From Actinomycetales bacterium (GTDB lineage Bacteria; Actinomycetota; Actinomycetes; Actinomycetales; CAVURS01): DNA of 64,000 bases. Shown in pieces: positions 45,071 through 53,632 of this stretch. The notes below the pieces were generated by a model, which was not told the origin of the DNA, did not search any database, and worked only from the letters and a program-made list of their open reading frames with translations. Where the stretch lies: NCBI GenBank assembly GCA_045807245.1, contig JBJMHS010000027.1, forward strand, positions 62,001 to 126,000, given 5' to 3'. Made by a program: the position numbers and the translations under genes. Within the stretch, counting starts at the first letter, position 1. The number at the start of each line of letters is the position of its first letter.

Positions 45071-46294
45071 ATGACGACACAGACCGCAGTCACCCGCTCC
45101 GAGACCGTCAGCACCGTTGGCGGCACCCCTGCCGCCGTCGCACCGCCTCGCGAGCGGCTGATGTCCCGCGCGCTCGCTATGCGCTGCGTGTCGATCGTCG
45201 GCTCGTCGATCGGGTTCTACCTCCCGCTGTCGGTCGTCCCGCTGTTCGCGCAGCAGTCCGGCTCGGCCAGCGACGCCGGCCTGGCGACCGTGGCGCTGCT
45301 CCTCGCGACCGTGGCGTGCGAGCTCGTGACGCCGCGGCTGGTCGAGTCGATCGGCTACCGCTGGGCGCTGGCCCTCGGGCTGACTCTGCTGGGTGCGCCG
45401 ACCGTGGCGCTGACCGTGTTCGACAGCCCGGGGTCGATCGTGGCGGTCAGCGTGGTCCGCGGCGCGGGCTTCGCGATCAGTGTCGTGGCCGGCGGTGCCG
45501 TGACCGCCACGCTGATCCCGGCGTCGCGCCGCGGTGAGGGCCTCGCGCTGGTCGGTCTGGTGGGCGGCGTACCCGGTCTGATCGCGCTGCCGGCCGGCGT
45601 CTGGGCCGCCCAGCGGTGGGGGTTCTCCGCGGTGTTCGTCGCGACGACCGTGGCCACCCTGGTGACGCTCCTGTCGGTGCCCGGTCTGCCCCGGCGTACG
45701 GCGTCCGGCGAGTCCGGCTCGGAGGACGCGCACGGTGTGCTGGCCGGGCTGCGCAACCCCGTCCTGACCCGGCCCGCGGCGATCTTCGCGGCGTCGACGG
45801 TTGCGGCCGGCGTACTCGTCACGTTCCTGCCCCTCGCCTGCTCCGGACAGCCGACCTGGGTCGTCGCGGGCGCCCTGCTCGCGCAGCCCGCCGCGTCGAC
45901 CCTGTCGCGCTGGTTCGCCGGCCGCGTGTGCGACACCCACGGCCCGGCCCGGCTGCTGGTCCCCGGCCTCCTGCTGTCCGCCGCCGGCATGGCCCTGCTC
46001 GCCGTGACCGGTGAGCCGGCGCTGGTGATCGGCGGCGCGCTGGTGTTCGGCGTCGGGTTCGGCCTGCTGCAGAATGCGACGCTGACCCTGATGTACGCGC
46101 GAGTCCCGGCCGGTGGCGAAGGTGCCGTGAGCGCGATCTGGAACGCGGCGTACGACCTCGGTATGGCGGCCGGCGCCCTGGGTGCCGGGCTGGTCGTCGC
46201 GTCGGTCGGTTACTCCGTGACCTTCGTGCTGACCACCGTCGTGGTGCTGCCGGCGCTGGTGCTGGTCCGCCGTGACCGCCGCCCGGTGCTTTAG
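45071..46294 (+). CDS. MFS transporter
   Basis: About 12 TM helices, PASRRGEGLAL; divergent from the MocR regulator. Start at 45065 or 45071. Confidence 0.85.
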   Translation: MTTQTAVTRSETVSTVGGTPAAVAPPRERLMSRALAMRCVSIVGSSIGFYLPLSVVPLFAQQSGSASDAGLATVALLLATVACELVTPRLVESIGYRWALALGLTLLGAPTVALTVFDSPGSIVAVSVVRGAGFAISVVAGGAVTATLIPASRRGEGLALVGLVGGVPGLIALPAGVWAAQRWGFSAVFVATTVATLVTLLSVPGLPRRTASGESGSEDAHGVLAGLRNPVLTRPAAIFAASTVAAGVLVTFLPLACSGQPTWVVAGALLAQPAASTLSRWFAGRVCDTHGPARLLVPGLLLSAAGMALLAVTGEPALVIGGALVFGVGFGLLQNATLTLMYARVPAGGEGAVSAIWNAAYDLGMAAGALGAGLVVASVGYSVTFVLTTVVVLPALVLVRRDRRPVL

Positions 46295-46313
46295 GTCGGC
46301 GAACCGGTCCGCG

Positions 46314-46829
46314 TCAGGCGAGGCGGAAGAGCAGGTCGGTGACCCAGTCCTTGGGGTCGGGCGTCTCGAGCGGGTTGGTCGTATAGATCTCGAGTCGCGC
46401 ACCCCAGGCCTGGGCGCCGTCGCGCTCGTCCATGTCCCAACGCACGCGGTTGTGCTCGCCCCACTCGAGCAGCCGCTGGGTCGTGTCCTTGAGCCGGTCG
46501 TAGTGACCGTGGTGCGTCACCGTCGCGAACCGCCCGCCGCGCAGGATCGAGAACGCGACGGCGTCGGCGCCCTCCGAAACGTCGGAGACGGGTACGCCGG
46601 CCTCCATCTCCAAGGCCTGGCCGGGGCCGAGCACGTCGTACTTCAGGAACGGCGCCCCGGCCGGTTTGATCCCACGTTCGGTGAGGTGGTCGACGATCTC
46701 GCGCATCCGGTCCACGACCTCCGGGATCCGTGACCTGGTCACCTGGGCCCGGATCGCGGCGTACGGCTGGTCGGTCAACTCGACGATGCGCGGGCCGCTG
46801 TGGTCGGGCGTCGGCGCCTGGTGGCTCAT
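46314..46829 (-). CDS. GyrI-like small-molecule-binding domain protein
   Basis: QPYAAIR, PAGAPFLKY, GGRFATVTHHGHYD, EIYTTNP..W.T. Confidence 0.82.
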   Translation of the reverse strand: MSHQAPTPDHSGPRIVELTDQPYAAIRAQVTRSRIPEVVDRMREIVDHLTERGIKPAGAPFLKYDVLGPGQALEMEAGVPVSDVSEGADAVAFSILRGGRFATVTHHGHYDRLKDTTQRLLEWGEHNRVRWDMDERDGAQAWGARLEIYTTNPLETPDPKDWVTDLLFRLA

Positions 46830-46854
46830 GGGCTGGCCTGAGTCGAGGGTTGAG

Positions 46855-47172
46855 TCAGTGCGTGTGGGCGTGATCGTGTGAGTGCTGGGCCTGCTCGTGG
46901 GAATGGACCGAAGCCGGCGCGGCGCGTCGAGCGGCGATCCGGCGCAACGGCGGCTCGGTCGGCGGAGGGGTACGGCGGTCGGGCAGGTCGGCGATGAGCT
47001 GCGTCGTGACTGCGGCGATCTGGGTGACCGCCTTGTTGACGGCGGCCTCGGTCACAGGGGAAACCGAGCTCAGCCCGCCGACCTTGCGCACGTACTGCAG
47101 CGCGGCCGCCCGGATCTCCTCAGGCGTGGCCTCGGGCTCGAGCCCGCGCAGGGCGGTGATGTTTCGGCACAT
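46855..47172 (-). CDS. DUF2277 family protein
   Basis: MCRNITALRGLEPEATPEEIRAAALQYVRKV; His-rich tail. Confidence 0.85.
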   Translation of the reverse strand: MCRNITALRGLEPEATPEEIRAAALQYVRKVGGLSSVSPVTEAAVNKAVTQIAAVTTQLIADLPDRRTPPPTEPPLRRIAARRAAPASVHSHEQAQHSHDHAHTH

Positions 47173-47205
47173 GTGCCGACCCTACGTCGTACCGGCCCCA
47201 ACAGC

Positions 47206-47290
47206 CGGTGCTCCCCAGCGCCCGGTTCCGGACCGCTGTCTGGGCGTGAATCACCGGGCTGCGGGGAGCACCGCGCGGGGTGGGGAGCAC
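47206..47290. repeat. Dispersed palindromic repeat, family B copy 2
   Basis: CGGTGCTCCCC...GGGGAGCACCG inverted arms plus a third GGGGAGCAC arm. Confidence 0.7.
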
Positions 47291-47299
47291 CCGGGCGGG

Positions 47300-48052
47300 T
47301 CAGGCCTCGCCGTCGGTGGTCTTCGGCGCGGTCTTGCGGGCCCGGGGGGTCGTGCTCTTCGTCGCTCCGCCGGCCGCAGCGCCGTCGCCAACGTCTGACT
47401 CCGAGACCGCGGCCTCCTGCAGGGCGGCCTCGGCCGCGACGTCTGCGGCGTCCTCGGCCTTGGCGCTCGTGTCGGATCCCAGCCCGGCCGACGAAGCGGG
47501 TGTCACCGCGGGTGTCGCCGGAGCCCACGAGGTCGCGCCCGCCGGCGTCGCCCAGGGGTCCTCCTTCTTGCCGCGCATGGCCTTGACGGCAGCGACCGCG
47601 CCGGCGGTGGCGCCGCCGAGCAGCAGGACCTTGCGAACCCGGTGCTTCTTCTTCGGCTTGGCCACGGCCTCGCCCTTGATGACGGCGACCGCGTCCGAGC
47701 CACGGGTCGTCGCTTCTTGGCGCACGGCGGACGCCTGGGTCGTCGCCGCGGTGATCGCCTCGACCAGCTTCGGCAGCACCTCGTCGACGAGCTTGTCGCG
47801 GGCGGCGTCGATCTTCGGCGACACCGTGTCGACGGCATGCTCAACGCGCGGGGCCGCGGCGTCGATCCCCTTCTGCGCTCGTGGCGCGGCCCACTCCCGA
47901 GCGGCGTGCACCTTCGGCCCGGCCCACTCGCGGGTGGTCTCCGCCGCGTGGCTCACCGCCGGCACGACCTTGTCGACCACGACATCCTTCACCGGGGTCG
48001 TCGTACTCGTTGCCTGGTCGACGATCTTGTCCTTGCGCGACTTCCGCAACAT
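47300..48052 (-). CDS. Conserved actinobacterial membrane-anchored protein divergent from ppiA (DUF5324-like)
   Basis: RBS GGGGAG and ATG at 48052; amphipathic repeats (AREWAAP), basic patch, one TM, EDPW. Confidence 0.65.
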   Translation of the reverse strand: MLRKSRKDKIVDQATSTTTPVKDVVVDKVVPAVSHAAETTREWAGPKVHAAREWAAPRAQKGIDAAAPRVEHAVDTVSPKIDAARDKLVDEVLPKLVEAITAATTQASAVRQEATTRGSDAVAVIKGEAVAKPKKKHRVRKVLLLGGATAGAVAAVKAMRGKKEDPWATPAGATSWAPATPAVTPASSAGLGSDTSAKAEDAADVAAEAALQEAAVSESDVGDGAAAGGATKSTTPRARKTAPKTTDGEA

Positions 48053-48154
48053 GAGCACTCCCCAAGTCTCGCGGCCGATTCTTGCCCTTCGCCCCATCCT
48101 GCCGCAGGCCGCCGCGTCCGCCCACCCGAGGTCCAGCATGCGAGGATTGCCAGC

Positions 48155-48646
48155 ATGAAGGCAACGCTCAAGACCAACCACGGCGACATCAACGTCACGC
48201 TCTTCGCGGACCACGCACCCAAGACTGTGCGCAACTTCACCGAGCTGGCGGACGGCACCAAGACGGGCGACCGGTTCTACGACGGCGTGATCTTCCACCG
48301 GATCATCCCGGGGTTCATGATCCAGGGCGGTGACCCCGACGGCACGGGGACGGGCGGCCCGGGCTACACCTTCGACGACGAGATCCATCCGGAGCTGGCC
48401 TTCACCAAGCCGTACCTACTCGCCATGGCCAACGCCGGCAAGCGCGGCGGCCGCGGCACGAACGGCTCGCAGTTCTTCATCACGGTCGCGCCGACGACCT
48501 GGCTGCAGGGCAAGCACACGATCTTCGGCGAGGTCGCGGACCAGCCCAGCCGCGACGTCGTCGACAAGATCGTCGGCGTCCCCACCGCCGCCCAGGACCG
48601 TCCGGTCGAGGATGTCGTCATCGAGTCCGTCGTCATCGGGGAATGA
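48155..48646 (+). CDS. ppiA: Cyclophilin-type peptidyl-prolyl isomerase
   Basis: APKTVRNF, FHRIIPGFMIQGGDP, LAMANAG, NGSQFFIT, HTIFG. Confidence 0.95.
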   Translation: MKATLKTNHGDINVTLFADHAPKTVRNFTELADGTKTGDRFYDGVIFHRIIPGFMIQGGDPDGTGTGGPGYTFDDEIHPELAFTKPYLLAMANAGKRGGRGTNGSQFFITVAPTTWLQGKHTIFGEVADQPSRDVVDKIVGVPTAAQDRPVEDVVIESVVIGE

Positions 48647-49557
48647 CGCAGCCTTCGCCGCCACCGCCTCCGACGGCGGCGGAACCGGTCTGCCCGCGTC
48701 ACCCGGACCGGGTCTCCTACGTGCGCTGCCAGCGCTGCGAGCGCCCGGTGTGCCCGGAGTGTCAGCGGCCCGCGGCGGTCGGTGTGCAGTGTGTGGACTG
48801 CGTCCGTGAGGCGGCCCGGGAGACCCGTACGCCGCGCACGCTGTTCGGCGGGCAGGTCACCGACGGGCGGCCCCTGGTCACGTACGGGCTGATCATCAGC
48901 TGCGTCGTCATCTGGCTGCTCCAGCGCGCGGACCCGACGATCACCGACCGCCTGGAGTTCGCGCCGTACTCGGCGTTCGACCGCCCCTGGACGTTCCTGA
49001 CCGCCGCGTTCCTGCACTCCCCCGGCAACGTGCTGCACATCGCGTCCAACATGTATGCGCTCTACATCTGCGGGCAGTACCTCGAGCCGTTGCTCGGACG
49101 GGTCCGGTTCGCGGCGCTCTATCTCGTCTCGGCGTTCGGCGGCTCGGTCGGCTACTACGTGCTGGCGCACCCGGAGCTGCCCGAACCGCACCAGCAGGCC
49201 TGGTGGACCGGCACCGTCGGGGCGTCCGGCGCGGTGTTCGGGCTGTTCGCGTCGCTGATCGTGTTCAACCGCAAGATGGGGCTGCAGACGGCGGGGATCT
49301 TCGCACTGATCGGGATCAACGCGGTGCTGGGTTTCGTGGTGCCGAACATCGCCTGGCAGGCCCACCTGGGCGGGTTGCTCACCGGTGCCGCCGCGGCCTG
49401 CGTGCTCGTGTTCGCCCCGAAGCAGCGGCGCGACGTCGTGCAGTGGGGCGGCCTGGCGGCGCTCGTCGCCCTGCTCGTGGTGCTCGCCTCGCTCAAGTAC
49501 GGGACCGTCCCGACCGATGTACGTGAACAGGCGACCCTCCTTCTGCGACTGAGCTGA
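48643..49557 (+). CDS. Rhomboid intramembrane serine protease with N-terminal B-box zinc finger
   Basis: CPRHPDR..CQRCERPVCPEC, HIASNM, GASG, AHLGG. Confidence 0.93.
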   Translation: MTQPSPPPPPTAAEPVCPRHPDRVSYVRCQRCERPVCPECQRPAAVGVQCVDCVREAARETRTPRTLFGGQVTDGRPLVTYGLIISCVVIWLLQRADPTITDRLEFAPYSAFDRPWTFLTAAFLHSPGNVLHIASNMYALYICGQYLEPLLGRVRFAALYLVSAFGGSVGYYVLAHPELPEPHQQAWWTGTVGASGAVFGLFASLIVFNRKMGLQTAGIFALIGINAVLGFVVPNIAWQAHLGGLLTGAAAACVLVFAPKQRRDVVQWGGLAALVALLVVLASLKYGTVPTDVREQATLLLRLS

Positions 49558-49599
49558 AGCAGGGTCGCCGATCCATGTCCGGAATCACAGGCGTGTAAC

Positions 49600-49632
49600 T
49601 CATCCCCAGGACGTGGATAACTCTGGGGATAA
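49600..49632. promoter_or_regulatory. Extra-origin DnaA-box-like cluster
   Basis: TCATCCCCA, CGTGGATAA and TGGGGATAA (1-2 mismatches to TTATCCACA). Confidence 0.6.
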
Positions 49633-49669
49633 CGCTCGTCGACGCGGCCTCAGCCTGCCGGCCGCAAAG

Positions 49670-50887
49670 TCAGTCCCGGAGCAGGCCGAAGCGGGCCTTG
49701 GCCGTCAACACGCGCAGAGCGGCGGCGCGGACCTTGGCCCCGAAGGCCTCGTCAGTCCGGGCCCGAGCCAGCACCGCGTCGTACATCGGGGCCACCGTCC
49801 GCGGGTCGACGGTCAGCACGATGTCGCCACCGGCTTCGACGAAGCGCACCGCTCGCTCTCCCGGCGGCCAGGCCTGCACCTGCCGGGCCGCGCCCAGGTC
49901 GTCGGAGATGACGACACCGTCGAAGCCGAGGTCGCCACGCAGCAGCTCGGTCACGACGGCTCGAGAGAACGCCGCCGGCCGGTCGGGGTCGATCCGGGCG
50001 TAGGTCGCCGTGGAGACCATGACGAGGGGTACGCCGGCCCGCACCGCGGCGCGGAACGGCTCCAAGCCCTCGGAGTCGCGGCCGATCCGGGTGTCCACCA
50101 CCCGCGAGGACGTGTCCGTGTTGGCGCGGACGTAGCCCAGGCCGGGGAAGTGCTTGACCGCGCTCGCGACGTGACCCGACGTCATGCCGTCGACGAAGGC
50201 TAGGACGTGCGAGGCCACGACGTCGGTCGTGTAACCGAACTCGCGGTCATAGGCGCCGATCGGCGGGTTGGCCCGGGCCGCGGCCGCACCGGGGACCGTG
50301 TCCGCAACGGGCGCCAGGTCGAGGTTCAGCCCGGCGGTGCGCAGCTCGCGGGCCCAAGCGCCGGCCCTTGACCGGAGCCCGGCCTCCGACCACGAGCCCT
50401 GCACCTTGGCCGACGGCAGGTCCGAGAACCCCCGGCCCTGCAGGACCTGGACCGCGCCGCCCTCCTGGTCGGTCGCCACGAAGGGCAGGACCACGCCGGA
50501 CCTGGTCGTGGCCAGGGCCCGCACCGAGCGCGACCGGCGGGCGACGTCGGCATGCGAGGCCCGGGACCGGCCGGTCAGCATCACGTTGCCGACCCGCCGC
50601 GAGCCCCCGGGCCGGACGGCCGCCAGCGAGCCGCGGTCAGCGCCGACCCCGGCCATGAACAGCTGGCCGACCTGCTCCGCGAGCGACAGCCGGTCGAGTA
50701 CGGCGCGGGCCCGCTCGGCCGGGGACGGCACCGTGGGCGTGGGCGAAGGGGTGGTCGTCGCGGACGAGGTGGCCGGCAGGGACGGCGTGGAGGGTGACGG
50801 AGTCGACCGGTCGGAGGCGCCCGAACATCCGGCCAGCGTCAACGAGGCGACGAGGGCGGCGCTGCCGAGCAGGGCGCGGCTGGCGAT
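49670..50887 (-). CDS. GH3 beta-N-acetylhexosaminidase (NagZ-like) lipoprotein; start uncertain (ATC 50887 or TTG 50842)
   Basis: Lipobox LAGC, DQEGG, APVAD, KHFPGLG, ISDDL. Confidence 0.85.
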   Translation of the reverse strand: MASRALLGSAALVASLTLAGCSGASDRSTPSPSTPSLPATSSATTTPSPTPTVPSPAERARAVLDRLSLAEQVGQLFMAGVGADRGSLAAVRPGGSRRVGNVMLTGRSRASHADVARRSRSVRALATTRSGVVLPFVATDQEGGAVQVLQGRGFSDLPSAKVQGSWSEAGLRSRAGAWARELRTAGLNLDLAPVADTVPGAAAARANPPIGAYDREFGYTTDVVASHVLAFVDGMTSGHVASAVKHFPGLGYVRANTDTSSRVVDTRIGRDSEGLEPFRAAVRAGVPLVMVSTATYARIDPDRPAAFSRAVVTELLRGDLGFDGVVISDDLGAARQVQAWPPGERAVRFVEAGGDIVLTVDPRTVAPMYDAVLARARTDEAFGAKVRAAALRVLTAKARFGLLRD

Positions 50888-50905
50888 GGTGGGCCGGGCG
50901 CGGGC

Positions 50906-51166
50906 TCAGCGCCAGCGGGTCGACATGAAGAAGCCGACGCAGATGATGCCGAAGCCGATGCCGAGGTTCCAGTACTGGCTGGTGGTGTCCCCCAGCGGGA
51001 TCGGGTACTTCGAGCTGGAGACGTAGAACGTCACGATCCATGCGAGCCCGATCACATACGCGGCAACCATGGTCCACAGGAAGACCGGACCGCTCGGCCC
51101 CTTCTTCTTGGCCGCCTTGGGCGGCGGCGTGTATTCAGCCTTCTTGCGGCTCCGGGACTCAGGCAC
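50906..51166 (-). CDS. crgA: Cell division protein CrgA
   Basis: GTG at 51166; MPESRSRKK..GLAWIVTFY..WN..IGFG..TRWR. Confidence 0.93.
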   Translation of the reverse strand: MPESRSRKKAEYTPPPKAAKKKGPSGPVFLWTMVAAYVIGLAWIVTFYVSSSKYPIPLGDTTSQYWNLGIGFGIICVGFFMSTRWR

Positions 51167-51188
51167 TGGCTTAGCGTAGTGGCTGGAT

Positions 51189-51986
51189 ATGTGGGGAGAT
51201 GACGTGCTGCGCCAGATCTGGGCCCGGTCCTGGAGCCGGGTGAGCGACCTCGCGCGGGCGACCCGGCGCCCGCACGGTTGGGGCCTGCTCGTGCCGGTCT
51301 CCTTCGCCCTCGCGGGGGTCCTGTTCGCGACCTCGGCGGAGATCTCCCAGGGCACCGACCTGCGGGCTTCGGGCAACCAGAGCCTGCCGGACCTGATCCG
51401 GGCGGAGCAACGGCGCCTCGAGGCGTCGACCGCCCGGGTCGAGGCCCTGCGCCGCTCGGTGGAGGCGCTGACCGCGCCGGTGGCCGCGGGCGACCAGCGG
51501 GTGGCCAGACTGACCAGCCAGGCCGACAAGCTGGCCCAGGACGCCGGCACCCGGGCGGTCCGCGGTCCGGGTCTGAAGGTCCGGCTGGATGACGCGCACC
51601 TGCAGTCGATCCCCGCCGGCTTCACCGGCGACGATCTCGTCGTACACCAACAGGACGTGCAGGCTGTCGTAAACGCCCTGTGGGCGGGCGGCGCAGAGGC
51701 CATGATGGTGCAGGACCAACGGGTGATCTCGACCAGCGCCGTCCGGTGCGTCGGCAACACGTTGATCCTTCAGGGGCGGGTGTACTCACCGCCGTACACG
51801 ATCGCGGCGATCGGAGACATCTCGGCCATGCGCTCAGCGTTGGACAGCTCACCTGACGTGACGATCTACCGGCAGTACGTCGACGCCCTGGGGCTCGGTT
51901 ACGACGTCACGCAGCACACCAAGCTCACGATGCCCGCGTACGCCGGCAGCCTCGACCTCGTGCACGCCCGGGCCGGTGACTCGTGA
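51189..51986 (+). CDS. DUF881 domain protein (start uncertain)
   Basis: GPGLKVRLDDA, VHQQDVQAVVNALWAGGAEAM, RCVGNT, SPPYTIAAIG. Confidence 0.9.
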   Translation: MWGDDVLRQIWARSWSRVSDLARATRRPHGWGLLVPVSFALAGVLFATSAEISQGTDLRASGNQSLPDLIRAEQRRLEASTARVEALRRSVEALTAPVAAGDQRVARLTSQADKLAQDAGTRAVRGPGLKVRLDDAHLQSIPAGFTGDDLVVHQQDVQAVVNALWAGGAEAMMVQDQRVISTSAVRCVGNTLILQGRVYSPPYTIAAIGDISAMRSALDSSPDVTIYRQYVDALGLGYDVTQHTKLTMPAYAGSLDLVHARAGDS

Positions 51987-52681
51987 GCGCCCTGCGCGCC
52001 GGCGCCCGCGGCCTGGGCGAGCTGCTGATCACGCTCGGCGTCGTCCTGCTGCTGTTCGTCGGGTGGCAGCTTTACTGGACCGACTTCACGGCCGAGCGGG
52101 CGCAGGCGTCGACGAACAACAGCCTGCAGGACGAGTGGAGGGCCCATCCCGACACGGCCCCGGGCGCGCTGGTCAACGGCAAGGTCAAGTCGGTGCCGAC
52201 GGGTGATGCGTTCGCGCTCATCCGGATCCCGCGGTTCGGCAAGAACTACGTGAAACCGATCTACCAGGGGACGGCGCTGTCGATCCTGGACAAGGGCGTG
52301 GGCCACTACCCCGGTACGGCGATGCCGGGCGAGCTCGGCAACTTCGCGGTCGCGGGGCACCGGGTGACGTACGGCAAGCCGTTCAACGAGATCGCGACGA
52401 TCAGGCCGGGCGACGCCATCGTCGTCGAGACCTCGAACACGTGGTACGTCTACCGGGCCGTGCGGCACGTGATCGTCACGCCGAACCACGTCGAGGTCGT
52501 CGCGCCGGTCCCCCAGCACCCCGGGCAGAAACCGACGTCGTCGTGGATGACCATGACGGCCTGCCACCCGGAGTTCAGCGCGCGCGAGCGGTACGTCGAG
52601 TTCTCCGAGCTCGAGCAGGTGCTGCCCAAACGCAACGGCGAGGTCCCGGCGGCGCTCGCCGGTGTCCGGATCAAGAGCTGA
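51983..52681 (+). CDS. Class E sortase
   Basis: GELLITLG TM, GNFAVAGHR, TMTACHP..ARER. Confidence 0.92.
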   Translation: MSALRAGARGLGELLITLGVVLLLFVGWQLYWTDFTAERAQASTNNSLQDEWRAHPDTAPGALVNGKVKSVPTGDAFALIRIPRFGKNYVKPIYQGTALSILDKGVGHYPGTAMPGELGNFAVAGHRVTYGKPFNEIATIRPGDAIVVETSNTWYVYRAVRHVIVTPNHVEVVAPVPQHPGQKPTSSWMTMTACHPEFSARERYVEFSELEQVLPKRNGEVPAALAGVRIKS

Positions 52682-52688
52682 GGCGCTG

Positions 52689-52847
52689 ATGTACGGGTTC
52701 CTCTGGCGGCACCTGCCGGGTCCGGTCGTCGTACGGATCCTGCTGGCCCTGGTGCTGGTGCTGGCCGTCGTCGCCGTACTGTTTGTGTGGGTGTTCCCGG
52801 CGGTCGCGCCGCACATGCCCTTCAACAACGGGACGGTGGACCACTGA
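52689..52847 (+). CDS. Small conserved membrane protein
   Basis: MYGFLWRHLPGP..LFVWVFP, the typical small gene between sortase and pabA. Confidence 0.78.
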   Translation: MYGFLWRHLPGPVVVRILLALVLVLAVVAVLFVWVFPAVAPHMPFNNGTVDH

Positions 52848-53470
52848 TGACGAAGGTGCTGGTCGTCGACAACTACGACAGCTTCGTCTACACGATCGCC
52901 GACTACCTGGTGCAGCTCGGCGCGACGTGCGACGTGCGGCGCAACGACGAGGTCACGACCCAGGAGGCCGCGACGTACGACGGGGTGCTGCTCTCGCCCG
53001 GGCCGGGGACGCCCGAGGAGGCCGGCGTCTGCATGGACATGGTCCGCGCCTGCGCCGACCGCGCGCAGCCGATGCTCGGCGTGTGCCTCGGGCACCAGGC
53101 GCTCGGCGCGGTGTACGGCGGCGTCGTGTCGCGAGCCCCGGAGCTGTTGCACGGCAAGACGTCCCAGGTCCTGCACCAGGGTGAGGGTGTGCTGACCGGG
53201 CTCGGGTCGCCGTTCACCGCGACGCGCTACCACTCCCTCGCGGTCGAGCGCGACAGCGTGTCCGACGAGCTGGAGATCACCGCGCACACCGCGTCCGGAA
53301 TCGTCATGGCGCTGCGCCATCGGTCACTGCCGCTCGAAGGCGTGCAGTTCCACCCCGAGTCCGTCCTGACCGAGGGCGGGCATCGGCTGCTGGCCAACTG
53401 GCTGTCGGTCTGCGGCGACGACGAGGCCGTCTCGCGCAGCGCGGGGCTGGCCCCGCTCGTCCGCGCCTGA
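52847..53470 (+). CDS. pabA: Aminodeoxychorismate/anthranilate synthase component II
   Basis: ATG at 52847; DNYDSF, SPGPG, GVCLGHQ, RYHSL, QFHPES. Confidence 0.92.
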   Translation: MTKVLVVDNYDSFVYTIADYLVQLGATCDVRRNDEVTTQEAATYDGVLLSPGPGTPEEAGVCMDMVRACADRAQPMLGVCLGHQALGAVYGGVVSRAPELLHGKTSQVLHQGEGVLTGLGSPFTATRYHSLAVERDSVSDELEITAHTASGIVMALRHRSLPLEGVQFHPESVLTEGGHRLLANWLSVCGDDEAVSRSAGLAPLVRA

Positions 53471-53545
53471 CCGGGCCTCCTCGCCCCCTAGCCGCCCGGC
53501 CCGCCGTACCCCCCGCCGTACCCCCCGCCGTACCCGTCCGGTGTC

Positions 53546-53629
53546 CGTACCCCTCGAAAGCCGCTCCGGCCGCCCGATTTCGGGGTCCGGAGCGGCTTTC
53601 AGGGGGTAAACCGGCTTTCGGAGGGCACC
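53546..53629. repeat. Dispersed REP-like palindromic element, family A copy 2
   Basis: Reverse complement aligns with 12025-12108 in both arms; preceded by about 3 copies of CCGCCGTACCCC (53501-53535). Confidence 0.8.
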
Positions 53630-53632
53630 TAG

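Noticed and set aside
46314..46829. GyrI-like gene as a dedicated inhibitor of the nearby gyrase
   Set aside because: The fold is a general small-molecule-binding domain, and the gene lies 14 kb away among unrelated accessory genes.
50906..50908. crgA TGA as a selenocysteine codon
   Set aside because: CrgA ends at its normal W-R terminus, and no Cys-equivalent position or SECIS evidence is visible.
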